Shown: positions 1 to 12,945 of the stretch, piece by piece
How positions within the stretch are numbered: the first letter of the stretch is position 1
Layout: the number at the start of each line of letters is the position of its first letter
NCBI RefSeq assembly: GCF_001194135.2
Contig: NC_069005.1
Span: 4,418,135-4,464,723, forward strand
Direction: 5' to 3'
Length of the DNA: 46,589 bases
DNA from: Octopus bimaculoides
Lineage: Eukaryota
Program-made: the position numbers and the translations under genes
The notes under the pieces: model-generated
Databases searched by the model: none
Told to the model about the DNA's origin: nothing
The model's input: only the letters and a program-made list of their open reading frames with translations

Positions 1-61
1 GGAGGGGAAGAGGAGGAGGAGGGGAAGAGGAGGAGGAGGGGAAGAGGAGGAGGAGGGGAAG
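1..61 (+). repeat. 17-bp purine tandem repeat (ggaggggaagaggagga)n
   Basis: About 3.5 exact copies. Confidence 0.9.
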
Positions 62-574
62 AATAAAAAAGATGAAAACTTATTCAACGTAATTTATTTT
101 GTAAATTATGATGATACCCTTCAACAGATGTAACAATAGAAAACTCAGTTATTAGCATTGTGGGGAAGAGATTAAGAATTACTCCGTTAAGATGCGTCTC
201 AGATTTCTTCAGAATGGACTTCATAGTTATCACGTATCTATGATTAGTTTCAGTCATTGGACAGCAGCCATACTTCTAGGGTTTACTGGAGCAAATTGAT
301 CCCACAATTTATATTTAAAGTTTGTAATTTCTTCTATGGATCAATTCTTGCCCAACTGATGAGTGATGGTGTCTCAATCAGAAGCGACTTTGGCTACTAA
401 TGTGGTAGCGTGGGACAAACTTAAACAGAAAGTCAAACACACACACACACACACACACACATGAAATGGAAGACATCTGCTCAAGGTGCTACATGGTGAG
501 ACTCAGCCATGAACCATGTGACATGTTGACAATTGCTTGAGATACATATTCAAGATCATTGGCATCACAATTAT

Positions 575-675
575 CGCCTTTGTCATCACCAGCACCACAA
601 TCATCATCATCAACATCATCACTGTCATCGTTATCATCGTCACCACCACTACCATCACCACCTCCATCACTACCA
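575..675 (+). repeat. Degenerate (CAT/CAC)n trinucleotide tract in gene A intron 2
   Basis: Accounts for the His-, Ile/Thr-, Asp- and Met/Val-rich ORFs of the track in four frames. Confidence 0.85.
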
Positions 676-720
676 ACGTCAACATTCTCGATCATTCAGT
701 AAATCAAATTATGTACTTAC

Positions 721-757
721 CATCGAAAGGTGGATTTCTTCTGATCACTACCGGTAC
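721..757 (-). CDS. Gene A, 37-nt micro-exon 2 (VPVVIRRNPPFD+G); the rest of the gene presumably lies beyond the left edge
   Basis: tttaaag|GTACCGGTAGTGATCAGAAGAAATCCACCTTTCGATG|gtaagt. Same length (37 nt) and phases (0/1) as exon 2 of genes B and C, and ends GATG like gene C's. Confidence 0.72.
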
Positions 758-1273
758 CTTTAAATGGTAAGTTAAACAGCATTTTTAACATATAATACTT
801 TAATACAATGGAAATTTCATATAGAATATAAATTTGTGCCTGCTAATAAATGGAAATATATTTATATGTGACAACAGAGAAAGAGATACAAACTAGAAAG
901 GAACTGATGTCTGTATTTGAAACCTGCATTAAAAACACATGAACATTAAAAGAAACAATGTTCATATCTCTGTGCAAGACACTTAATTTCACATTGTTCC
1001 AGTTTTCTGAGCTGGAGAAAGTGAGTTGTAACTGTAATTCAAAAGGGACAATCTTGCTACATTCTGTGTCATGCTGGATCTCTCTGAGAAATAAATGTTT
1101 TTTTCTGTGGGGTGTTCAGTCACTTGAACTATAATTTCAGGAACAGGCTATTCTCTTGATTTAATCAACTGGAAGCCTTATGTCGTAACCAACGGAGTGC
1201 TAATTGTGTATGGGCGTGTGTGAATATACCTGTATGTGTATGTGTATATGTGAGTGAATTTACGAAAACTTAC

Positions 1274-1354
1274 CATTTCATCGAATTCTCTTTGTTCGAG
1301 AAAGAAATCGTTATCGCTCGTATCGTCGGATGAATATGATCCTCCAGTTGCCAT
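1274..1354 (-). CDS. Gene A (third paralog), coding exon 1: MATGGSYSSDDTSDNDFFLEQREFDEM; full exon 1423..1274 including 5' UTR
   Basis: Minus strand: acceptor ttttcag at 1424, ATG at 1354, 81 nt (27 codons), then GAAATG|gtaagt donor at 1273, phase 0. The 5' UTR 'tttgaagctatttctgtgaaaa' matches 'tttgaagttatttct...aaaa' in the same exon of genes B and C. Confidence 0.75.
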
Positions 1355-1585
1355 TATATTCGTGATATCCAAAAAGTAATGAATTTGAAGGTAATTTTCA
1401 CAGAAATAGCTTCAAATGAATGCCTGAAAAATTAAGTGTATGAAGAACGTGGGTATTTAATAAATTTAATCTAAAGAATCAACTACAACTGTAAAGAAAG
1501 GATGGCAGAACTGAGAGAGATTATGAAAGGAATTGTCTAAATATATTGCTTTTCAGGTACATATTAAGTATTCTTTTATACTCTA

Positions 1586-1784
1586 GACACAAGGCCCGAA
1601 ATTGGGGAGGGGGAGCAATCGATTAGATCGAGCCCAGAACGCAACTGGTAACTAGTTTATTGACCCCGAAAGGATGAAGGGCAAAGTGAACTACGTCGGT
1701 ATTTGAACTAAGAATGTAAAGACGGACGAAATACCGCTTACCATTTCACCCGGCGTGCTAACGATTCTGTCAGCTCGCCGCCTT
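1586..1784 (-). mobile_element. tRNA-derived SINE, family with a Meta-domain-like core
   Basis: The reverse complement reads ggcggcgagctgacagaatcgttagcacg...gttcaaat (A/B boxes) ...ttcatcctttcggggtcaataaa, a repeat I recall as abundant in octopus. Confidence 0.75.
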
Positions 1785-3161
1785 AGATTCATAATAACTA
1801 TCAATAGGATAATATATATATATATATATANNNNNNNNNNNNNNNNNNNNNNNNNNNNNNNNNNNNNNNNNNNNNNNNNNNNNNNNNNNNNNNNNNNNNN
1901 NNNNNNNNNNNNNNNNNNNNNNNNNNNNNNNNNNNNNNNNNNNNNNNNNNNNNNNNNNNNNNNNNNNNNNNNNNNNNNNNNNNNNNNNNNNNNNNNNNNN
2001 NNNNNNNNNNNNNNNNNNNNNNNNNNNNNNNNNNNNNNNNNNNNNNNNNNNNNNNNNNNNNNNNNNNNNNNNNNNNNNNNNNNNNNNNNNNNNNNNNNNN
2101 NNNNNNNNNNNNNNNNNNNNNNNNNNNNNNNNNNNNNNNNNNNNNNNNNNNNNNNNNNNNNNNNNNNNNNNNNNNNNNNNNNNNNNNNNNNNNNNNNNNN
2201 NNNNNNNNNNNNNNNNNNNNNNNNNNNNNNNNNNNNNNNNNNNNNNNNNNNNNNNNNNNNNNNNNNNNNNNNNNNNNNNNNNNNNNNNNNNNNNNNNNNN
2301 NNNNNNNNNNNNNNNNNNNNNNNNNNNNNNNNNNNNNNNNNNNNNNNNNNNNNNNNNNNNNNNNNNNNNNNNNNNNNNNNNNNNNNNNNNNNNNNNNNNN
2401 NNNNNNNNNNNNNNNNNNNNNNNNNNNNNNNNNNNNNNNNNNNNNNNNNNNNNNNNNNNNNNNNNNNNNNNNNNNNNNNNNNNNNNNNNNNNNNNNNNNN
2501 NNNNNNNNNNNNNNNNNNNNNNNNNNNNNNNNNNNNNNNNNNNNNNNNNNNNNNNNNNNNNNNNNNNNNNNNNNNNNNNNNNNNNNNNNNNNNNNNNNNN
2601 NNNNNNNNNNNNNNNNNNNNNNNNNNNNNNNNNNNNNNNNNNNTATATATATATATATATCCTAAAGAAAATGGATAGTTTGAACAGTGCATAATCAATT
2701 TATTAGCATTTTGTCTACTATATAAACCTACGATCATTTCCATAACAAATGTATATAATTGTTCAGGGCGAAAATTGAAACATTTGTTTTTACATCCTTA
2801 TAGATTGACCTTTAATCAAAACACTAAAATAGTGTGCGTGTGCGTGTTAGCATTATTGAAACAAAGAAACCGTTATAAGTTGTATATATACTTATTTTGG
2901 GGTTTATATGTTTATCATCAAATAAATCTATTTATTTATCTCATTTGAATTTATATTATCAATTGTGAGAACTTGAATTGATAGTATCATTTTTATAAAT
3001 TTATTATTTAGTAGGTGTATTAACCATAATTTTGGACGTCTACGGTTAATTTTTATATTTTATTTAATTCATTTAATTACATCTAACTAACCGGAGTATT
3101 GTTTTCTATGTATTTAGGCATTTAAGGTTGTTGTTTTTTTGTACCTATTGAAATTATTAAG

Positions 3162-3195
<34 letters not shown>

Positions 3196-3646
3196 TTGGA
3201 ATTTACAAAAGAAAACAAAAGACGAAGACGGGTATGTAAACAACAAACATGTATTAGGTTAACGCTCGGGTTGGGGTATGCGGTAGTGGAATGTGTGCGA
3301 TTTGAAGTGGTGGGATGGGATGTATAGGGAGGGGGAGGGGAATGTGTAGGAGTGGGGTAATGGTGGAGGGAGTGACGATGAAGGGAGAGGGTGGAAGGGA
3401 GAAGGGTAAGTAGTAGTGAAAAGAGGAAATAGGTGTCAGAGCAAGAGAGGAGAGGAGGTGAGAGTGAAGGGAGGAAATAGGTGTGAGAGAAAGAGAGGAG
3501 AGATGAGGGGGATAGATGAAAAGAGGTGAGAGTTGATCCAATGCGGCGCAAAGGAGCAGAGAAGATTAGATACTGTTCACGGCGAAGACGTGAGTCAGGT
3601 TGACGACTGTGCAAGGACAATCCGAACACAGACAGATGTTGTAAAG

Positions 3647-3734
3647 AATGACTGGTAGTGCGGAAATGGCGCCAGACTGGGATGTCGTTGCCGAACCATG
3701 TGGTTGCTAAGCAAGCTACTTACTACACAGCCAC
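3647..3734 (-). mobile_element. Degenerate SINE head (gtggctgtgtggtaag family)
   Basis: gaaccatgtggttgctaagcaagctacttactacacagccac matches 12900-12943. Confidence 0.6.
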
Positions 3735-4269
3735 TTCTATAATGGGTGCTGAAATGAACCTGCATTAAAGGGTAACGTGAAATGCCTGCTTGAAGGCCAA
3801 ACGTTCCAAGATCTATTATAGGTTTTATAAAAACTGTAGAACATTGCTACAAGTGTGTGAATCTGCGAGCGGAATATGTTGAATAAAATCATATTCAACT
3901 AATCTTCCTCTATTTTCTTTCACCCAAAGCTAGGAACATTTCATACACAAAGATAAAAATAAACAAATGAAGGAATGAAAAAGTATTAAGCCTACAATGG
4001 AGTGTGTATTCAGTATTCTACTACATTCTCTTGAATTATTTTCCTCACTACTTAACCGCTACATTCTCAATATGAGGATATGCATTAAAAAAACTGAAAT
4101 ATCGTAAAATGCAGATGAAAGATCTCTTGTATTACTCTAAAATATTTGTGAATACTGTGGCGAAAAAATTTAAAACGAAAAGAATTATTGAAGCGATAAT
4201 TATTTATATAACCTAATAAATATTATTCTCATACATATTGTAACAACATAAATGTTCCTTTTGGTGTTA

Positions 4270-4600
4270 ACCCAGAGTTTGCATGGAATACATGCAGAAT
4301 TTACATTGTTTAGAATTTTAGAAAAGCGAAAAGATGAGGCACAGTACGTTATAACTTCAAGTACTAGGAGCAATTTTCAACTAATTCATATTTCAATACA
4401 TTTTAAAAGAGCGCAATAGGAGACTGCGTTTTACAACTGCTAGAAATAGCAGCAAAGTTCTCCTAGAGTTTTACATAGATTACTTTCAGATTTCAGATTT
4501 TAAAATAATTTAAAAGAGCGATAACAGAACTTGTACGATAGAACAGCTAGAAATAACAGCAAACTCTCCTACAATTTGTACAGAATATGTTCAGAATACA
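4270..4600 (+). repeat. ~107-bp tandem repeat, about 3 diverged units
   Basis: The anchor gctagaaata(g/a)cagcaa recurs at about 4440 and 4547. Confidence 0.7.
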
Positions 4601-5709
4601 TATTAGATCACCGTTAGCTATAACAGTGTGTGTATATGTGTGTGTATGTGTGTGTGCATGTACAAATAACAAATAAGAACAGAATATCTTAAACATTTCA
4701 ATGAAATAACTATCAAAATGAGATATATAATACATGTGTGTATGTGTAAGTATGTGTGTATGTGTAAGCATGTGCGTATGTGTAAGTATTTATGTATATA
4801 TATAAGGGGGGAGCTGAAAAGTTCCTGGCTTTAAGGATTCTGCTACATTATACCTACATTATAGTTACAGGTAAAGACTCTTAGTGTTGTTATGCTATTT
4901 TAGATATTCTACACCTAATAAATTTAAATACACGATGGTGCAACGTTTAACGACTTTCATTGTAGGTTATCTGCGTCGAAGTTAATACGTGAAACATTTC
5001 AGCATCAGCTACGTCCTCAATATAAGGATTTCATTTATGTATTAAAAATTTAAATATCTTAGATGGAAGTTCTGTTTGATTACTGTTAAATGCTTATGAA
5101 TATTGTAGTGAACAAATTGAAAATAAAAAAGGACTTACGAAAACTGTAGATTCTTGTGGTCACTAATAATCCTATATGTAAAGACAGCCGTCTGTGTTGT
5201 GACAAGTCTAAGGCTCTGCTCTGCTGGTTGCAGACTGATGATTTTGCAAACTTTACTCACCTTCAATAGTGTCAATTTAGGGTAACCGTAAAGATGACTA
5301 CGCAAGGGTTACTTTTAAGAGATGAATTTCTATTGGCTGAATCTTCAATGAAGGGACACGGTCGAATGATCAAGGAATTTTATTTTTTTACTTGCACTAA
5401 ATTTAAAATTCAACTTTGCTATAGACTAAAGTTTTAAGAATTAAATTTTAATCATTTTTTTAAATATTTTTAAAAAAGTATTTTCGATATTTTCGTTTTG
5501 TTTTGTACCTATTAAAAATAATTATGAGTATTTAGAGATATAGATTATTAATCTTAGCTTATCTTTATCGAGTGCCCTTTTCCAAGACAAAACCCTCACA
5601 ATATTTCGCTCCGTTCAACGGTATATATATAAATATTATAATTATATATATAACCTAATAAATATTAATCTCATACATATTATAATTACACAAAGAATCA
5701 TTATTTTAC

Positions 5710-6135
5710 TCCGAGTTTACGTATCATAATTTCAGAATTCATATTTTAAAACGATTTAAAATTGAAAAGAAGAAGCACTATACGTTACAATTGCTAGAAA
5801 TAGCAGCAACACTTTCCTAAAGTTTGCATAGACTACATTCAGAATACATATCTTAAAACGATTTAAAATGTGACAAGAAGAGTCACGGTACATCAGAACT
5901 GCTAGAAATAGCAACACATTATCCTAGAGTTGGCATAAACTACCTTCAAAATTCATATTTTAAAACGATTTAAAGGGGAGTCAAGTCGGGACATTGCACC
6001 TCAGAACTGCTAGAAATAGCAGCAAATTCCTCCTAGATTTTTGCATAGACTACTTTCAGAATTCATTTTATAAGACGCTTTGAAAAGCGACGAGACGCGA
6101 CACTACGTTACAACTGCTAGAATTTGCAGCAAACT
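5710..6135 (+). repeat. ~108-bp tandem repeat, 4 units, same family as 4270-4600
   Basis: The anchor ctgctagaaatagc recurs at 5795, 5903, 6011 and 6118 (period 107-108). Confidence 0.85.
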
Positions 6136-7613
6136 TCACTTTATTTATAACAAAAATAATAAGATTGAGAATGATACTTGGTACATACCAGAAGTTTTGA
6201 AACTTATTTAGGAGATGCAGTTATAACTCTCCTAGATTAGTTTAATTTTTTGTATATCATTACGAGACATTTTTATTCCAGAATGAAGAATGCCACTGTA
6301 ACAGTTCTTTGCACACTGCTTTTATAATGGCTGAGTAGTTTGCAAAATGCTCTTGGGCTGCGAAGACAATTTGGAAACTCGCTATGCTGAACATGAGGTG
6401 GTGATGACCTACAGATATTCATGTCGAGTAAAAATAGCGAGCTTTGATCAATGTAAACAAATACAATGCTATATATGAGACATTGCTTTTATGCATCTGA
6501 TGTTTCTTATATAATAATGATAATGAGTTCGTATTAAATTAAATTTAAATGTCATGGAGAAATTTATGGCGATTTTGCAACGTTTCCAGATTGAAAGAAA
6601 ATTGCAGCTAATTACAACATGAATTAATATGGGAATAGATGTAAGGCATAAATATTGTAATTTTTCTAAATATCTATTTCTAATTGATATTTTAATCGCA
6701 TTAACTCGCATAAGTGACTTTCAGTATATCAATGTCGCAATCTACAATTCACTACAAATGATCTGTATAAAGCTGAGAAACCAGAAAATATATCTATGAA
6801 TTTCGGGACAGAATCATTTCTGAAGAATATTGCATTCATACACACACAAACACACACGCGTGTGTATGTGTGTGCATGTGTGCGTGTACGAATTGTCTAT
6901 GTATGTATGTACGTATATACATATATATANNNNNNNNNNNNNNNNNNNNNNNNNNNNNNNNNNNNNNNNNNNNNNNNNNNNNNNNNNNNNNNNNNNNNNN
7001 NNNNNNNNNNNNNNNNNNNNNNNNNNNNNNNNNNNNNNNNNNNNNNNNNNNNNNNNNNNNNNNNNNNNNNNNNNNNNNNNNNNNNNNNNNNNNNNNNNNN
7101 NNNNNNNNNNNNNNNNNNNNNNNNNNNNNNNNNNNNNNNNNNNNNNNNNNNNNNNNNNNNNNNNNNNNNNNNNNNNNNNNNNNNNNNNNNNNNNNNNNNN
7201 NNNNNNNNNNNNNNNNNNNNNNNNNNNNNNNNNNNNNNNNNNNNNNNNNNNNNNNNNNNNNNNNNNNNNNNNNNNNNNNNNNNNNNNNNNNNNNNNNNNN
7301 NNNNNNNNNNNNNNNNNNNNNNNNNNNNNNNNNNNNNNNNNNNNNNNNNNNNNNNNNNNNNNNNNNNNNNNNNNNNNNNNNNNNNNNNNNNNNNNNNNNN
7401 NNNNNNNNNNNNNNNNNNNNNNNNNNNNNNNNNNNNNNNNNNNNNNNNNNNNNNNNNNNNNNNNNNNNNNNNNNNNNNNNNNNNNNNNNNNNNNNNNNNN
7501 NNNNNNNNNNNNNNNNNNNNNNNNNNNNNNNNNNNNNNNNNNNNNNNNNNNNNNNNNNNNNNNNNNNNNNNNNNNNNNNNNNNNNNNNNNNNNNNNNNNN
7601 NNNNNNNNNNNNN

Positions 7614-7644
<31 letters not shown>

Positions 7645-7775
7645 TTACATATATGTGTGTGTTACATATGTGCGTGTTTGTCTTACATATGTGTGTGTGA
7701 CTCTGTGTATATATAGTCATATATGTGTTCTTTTGGTCTTATTCTTTTATATGTTTCAGCCATTTGAATGCGGCC

Positions 7776-7910
7776 ATCCTGAGCACCACCTTGAAGAGAT
7801 TTGGCCGAAACATTCGACCCCACAACTTATTCTTTGTAAGCCTAGTACTTATTCTATTTGCTTCTTTAGCCGAAACGCTAAGGTGCAGTGACGTAAACAC
7901 ACCAACATTG
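7776..7910 (-). mobile_element. SINE (gcggccatgctggagcacc / aagcctagtacttattctat family)
   Basis: Homologous to 12570-12720, 20150-20310 and, inverted, 11405-11555. Confidence 0.75.
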
Positions 7911-9252
7911 AGTATGAATTTTTCCCACTAAAATATGCTTGTACATAATGAAGTAACGAGCAGCTGAATGGGATTACGATATGTGAGAATGTATAAGTGT
8001 GCATTATAAAATTATATACAAACACACATGCACAACATACACGTATTCATATGTGTGTGTGTATGTGTGGGTATGTGTTTGTGTGTGTGTTTGTGTGTGT
8101 ATGTGTGTGCGTATGTGTGTGTGTGCATATGGATCTAGTAGATCATTTAACTTGGAATCGATGATTTATTACACAATAATGATATGATGGTTTGGCTATG
8201 GACAGAATGCTCTTAACTGGCAAAAGATCTCATTGATCATGGATGACATGGATGGAGGTAAAACAACGAGCTCAGAGAGAATATACTTGTAACATATAGA
8301 AAATACTGAGTGAGATGTCGAACAGATGTTTTCTAGGTGGTTCTAGTTGACGATACACATGTCAAAACAAACCTATAATACATAAAACGGATGGCCTTAT
8401 TTAGATTGTCTTTCTTTATAGATGTTCTTGTAGAAGGCCAATTTTGGAGCTAAAGAAAAGCAAGGAAAATTTGAAACAGAAGACATCGATTGTTAAATAA
8501 CAAGATATATCAATATCGGCGTCCTTCTACAACATTGTATCGCGTCAAATATATGTAGCTCTAATTTGCACCATTAAAGTTTTATGCATGCAAACATAGA
8601 AATATGTTTTAATTATCTTTTTATTAAGCACATATATAACTTTATTAAAACTGCACATGAAATATATAAATCAATCATTTATATTTGATGTGGATTATAA
8701 AATAAATCGACAAAGTCTTTCATTCTTATTGGTATATTGATAAACGATATATAGATATAGAAGTGTATGTATGTATGGTCTTATTCTCTTTTTAATTTAG
8801 AGTAAATTTTGACCGGCCACCTATTTGGTAGCAAGGTTGTGTAAGAAAGCATCTTGTTTTGTTTGTTATATGTATGTGTGTTTGAATGTATATATGTGTG
8901 TATATATGTATGCACGTATAGATCTGTATGCACGTATATATGCGTATTTTGCGTCATATATATCAGAGTTTGACAGATATTTTGCATAGATTTCAGCATT
9001 GCGTCACTAACATTGCAATATAAGTGTTAAAAGCAAAAATATTCTCTAATATTTCTTGTAAATTAAAGATTGCTTAACTAACTACATCGTAATTTAATAT
9101 TCTGCAACACTCCTTGGTTTAGATAAACTTTCTAATATAAATATTAATATAATTGTCAGTTTGATTCATCTCGATATATACATATCGAATTATATTAGTA
9201 ATATTTTAATATAGTAAATACATACAAACTGTAGCATTACACAAACACACAG

Positions 9253-9301
<49 letters not shown>

Positions 9302-10485
9302 CACATATGCAGACACATACACTTATATATTATCATCTTCAGCATAAACATTTTTATTTTTCTTGTTACTTTTGTTGTTTTGAAAGTTGCTCTTTTACCA
9401 CTAATTCAGTTGGAACTCCTAAAGTATTGTACGTGTGGAGGGCTTTCTACCTGCAGCCAAGCTACGGCGTTTCCTGGATGAGCCTTCTTTCAAAGAACGA
9501 TGTAATGGCCGGACAGAGAGGACAAACAGTGACAGGTCAAAATCGGGCGACAGAAGTTCCCATGAACATTAACCACCNNNNNNNNNNNNNNNNNNNNNNN
9601 NNNNNNNNNNNNNNNNNNNNNNNNNNNNNNNNNNNNNNNNNNNNNNNNNNNNNNNNNNNNNNNNNNNNNNNNNNNNNNNNNNNNNNNNNNNNNNNNNNNN
9701 NNNNNNNNNNNNNNNNNNNNNNNNNNNNNNNNNNNNNNNNNNNNNNNNNNNNNNNNNNNNNNNNNNNNNNNNNNNNNNNNNNNNNNNNNNNNNNNNNNNN
9801 NNNNNNNNNNNNNNNNNNNNNNNNNNNNNNNNNNNNNNNNNNNNNNNNNNNNNNNNNNNNNNNNNNNNNNNNNNNNNNNNNNNNNNNNNNNNNNNNNNNN
9901 NNNNNNNNNNNNNNNNNNNNNNNNNNNNNNNNNNNNNNNNNNNNNNNNNNNNNNNNNNNNNNNNNNNNNNNNNNNNNNNNNNNNNNNNNNNNNNNNNNNN
10001 NNNNNNNNNNNNNNNNNNNNNACGTGTGTGTGTGTGTGTGTGTGCGTGTTATATATGTTATAAGATTATATGATGTTTTAAATCGTATTTTCCAGAAATA
10101 ACATTTTATTTTTAAATGTATTAACTAAAAGCTTAAATTTGTTGCTGAGATGTTTTGCTTTCTTCTTTGTTTTGTGTGTGTGTGTTTTGTTTTTTAATCA
10201 TTGATCTGTTGGCAGGATAGAGAGGACAAACAATGACCATCTGGAAAAAGAATAAAATACAAAACCTTCTACGCATGACAACCCAGGTATGTTCAAGGTT
10301 CACGATGCGGCGTTTTGTCAGCTTCATTTTATGTTTCTCTTTTGTTCTCTAGTAACTAACCGCCCTTCCTTAATGGACTGACTGCAAAAACAGACAACAT
10401 TATCTGCTGATTACAGTACAAAGGTCAGTGTGCGCGCGTGAAATTTTGACTGTGTGTGTGTGTGTGAAATTTTGACTCTGTGTGT

Positions 10486-10522
<37 letters not shown>

Positions 10523-11007
10523 CGTGTTTCTATGTGTGCCATACGCGTGAAGTCTTTGTAAATGTTTCAATCGTTAGACTGCGCTGTGCTGGGGCACAAG
10601 TATAGACATATGTATAGATATATCGATCCATTAATAGATAAATTAGATAGATAGATAGAAAGAAAGAAACATGGATAGATAGATAGATAGATAGATAGAT
10701 ACTATTTTATGGCTGAGATGATTCAATCAGTGAGCCATCAGTTGGCCAGACAGTTAGAACAACGAATGAGAGCCTAAAATCCAGCAGCCGGTAACGGTTC
10801 TCCGAACAATGACAACCCGACTATGGTCAAACTTCACGGTGTTACTTTCTTAAAGCACCCTTCCTTGAAGCACAGTACTATAAGCACAATCTAGACTAAC
10901 AGATAAATATAGATCTGTAGTCAGTGTGTGTTGCTTGTGTGAAGATTTGAGTGAGTGTTGCTTGTCTGAAGATTTGAGTGTGTGTGTGAAGATTTGAGTG
11001 TGTGTGT

Positions 11008-11049
<42 letters not shown>

Positions 11050-11322
11050 TGTGTTTGTGCGTGTCTGTGTCTGCGTGTCTGTGTCTGCGTGTCTGTGTCT
11101 GCGTGTGTGTGTATGTGTGTGCATGTGCGTTTGTATGTTAGAGACATGTTAGAGACTTGATTATGCAGGTGTTTGGAGTAAAACGAATTCTTCAAGTTTG
11201 CTGACGTAACTGCATTCTACCATCACCAGCAACTTTTCAAAACATTGCGTACGTGGGTGCACATGGATGTGAGACATAACTTCAACATGTTCAAAATTTA
11301 CATATCATTATACGTGTGTATG

Positions 11323-11386
<64 letters not shown>

Positions 11387-11404
11387 GAATATTTGTGTTT
11401 CTCT

Positions 11405-11555
11405 CTTTGTCCACCCATCAACGCTTAGCGTAATTTGGTGGTTCAGCAAACGAGACGGACAGAATAAATCCTAGGCTTAGACAGAATAAGTCCTCGGTTC
11501 TATTTTTTCGACTAAAGGCAGTGCTCCAGCATGGCCGCAGTCATATGACTGAAAC
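11405..11555 (+). mobile_element. SINE, same family as 7776-7910, opposite orientation
   Basis: ttagcg...ttcagcaaacgagacggacagaataaatcctaggctt...gtgctccagcatggccgcagtc. Confidence 0.7.
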
Positions 11556-12173
11556 AATATTTTCTGATTTTTTCGTACCCAATCTAGAATCATGCATACG
11601 CATATACAATGTGTGTGTGTGTGCCTGTCTGTGTGTGTCTGTGTGTCTGTGAATATGAAGATAGATAAATTTTCTAGTGAGTAATTAAATCGAAAAATCT
11701 AAAGACAAATCGACATAGAAGGAAGAAGAACAACGCACTTGATTCCTTGAGTTTTCTGAAGGCATTTATTTTGAAGATAAGACGTATACAAAAGAAGGAC
11801 ATTTCTGAACGTTTATAAGAACATATAAAAATATCACAGGCGAAAATATATATCGCAGAAACTTTGTAAATGAAAATGTTTCCACATGAAGTAAAAATAT
11901 TGTAGGTAAAAATACCAGCGGAAAATGATTTTAAAAAGGAAGACATTCTTTTTCTTTGGAAACTTGCGATAGAGTGAAACATTTTGTTTCAGGTGTCGTA
12001 TTTGACTGAGATTCAGAAAATTCGAAATTAATGTAATAATTAATATAGCGTAAATACGACATTGAAGGAGATATATTCTAAATGGATGTATATATGTGTA
12101 TATATTGTTGTGAAACAGAGGCGCTTAAAATATTAGTAGGGTACTCAGTCATCATCCTCCTCCTCATCATCAT

Positions 12174-12218
<45 letters not shown>

Positions 12219-12400
12219 TACATACATATAGATAGAGAGAGAGAGGGGGAGACGGAGCATCAGAGAGAGAGAGAGGGAGAGAGATAGAGAATGAGATAAC
12301 ACAGTGAGGCTGACAGACAGACAGATTAATAGACAGATACATAATTAAAGATCGTCTTGCGTATATAGTACACATACAGTATACTTTCGATTCGTAATTC

Positions 12401-12428
12401 CTATTCTGGTGCAGGGGTATCTCTTGAC
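12401..12428 (-). CDS. Gene B, probable terminal coding exon ((R)SRDTPAPE*); predicted total CDS 2193 nt, 730 aa
   Basis: Strong polypyrimidine acceptor ttcttttttcgttctctccattaacag at 12429. Phase 2 joins AG+G and reaches TAG at 12403..12401. Other acceptors are not excluded. Confidence 0.5.
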
Positions 12429-12569
12429 CTGTTAATGGAGAGAACGAAAAAAGAATATGAAACATGCTGCAGTTACATATGCTAAGCAATTTTGAAACAT
12501 AAACTGTTATTTACAAACACGAATTAGTTGGTATATACTCTTTTTACTCTTTCAATTGTTTCAGTCATT

Positions 12570-12751
12570 TGCCTGCGGCCATGCTGGAGAACCGCCTTTA
12601 GTCGAGCAAATCGACCCAGGGACTTATTCTTTGTAAGCCTAGTACTTATTCTATCGCTCTCTTTTGCCGAACCGCTAAGTGGCGGGGACACAAGCACACC
12701 AACATTGGTTGTCAAGGAATGCTAAGGGGACAAACACAGACACACAAGCAT

Positions 12752-12788
<37 letters not shown>

Positions 12789-12945
12789 CAACGGGCTTCT
12801 TTCAGTTTCCCCTCTATCAAATCCACTCCCAAGGCTTTGGTTGGCCCGAGGCTATAGTAGAAGACACTTGCCCAAAATGCCACGCAGTGGGACTGAACCC
12901 GGAACCATGTGGTTGGTAAGCAAGATACTTACCACACAGCCACTC
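12570..12945 (-). mobile_element. Two adjacent SINEs (about 12570-12735 and 12790-12945) in the predicted last intron of gene B
   Basis: The first matches 7776-7910. The second is a full gtggctgtgtggtaag...gggttcagtcccactgcgtggc tRNA-head SINE on the minus strand. Confidence 0.8.

Noticed and set aside
1274-1423. The 1423..1274 exon as a downstream continuation of gene B
   Set aside because: A phase-2 join from 13144 gives a frame that stops before the exon's end and is out of frame with its ATG. The exon is instead homologous to the ATG exons of B and C.
1691-2743. ORFs of 200-380 aa consisting mostly of X (also at 6.8-7.9, 21, 24, 35-36, 38-39 and 45 kb)
   Set aside because: They span N gaps, which contain no stop codons by construction.
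5793-5805. GCTAGAAATAGCA, identical to 13 nt of the SpCas9 sgRNA scaffold
   Set aside because: The flanks do not match the scaffold and the motif is part of a diverged native 108-bp repeat, so it is a chance match.
11674-11982. 102-aa minus-strand ORF as a further exon of gene B
   Set aside because: It is AT-rich Phe/Ile-biased sequence with no clear acceptor and no counterpart in gene C's protein, so it is more likely UTR or intergenic.
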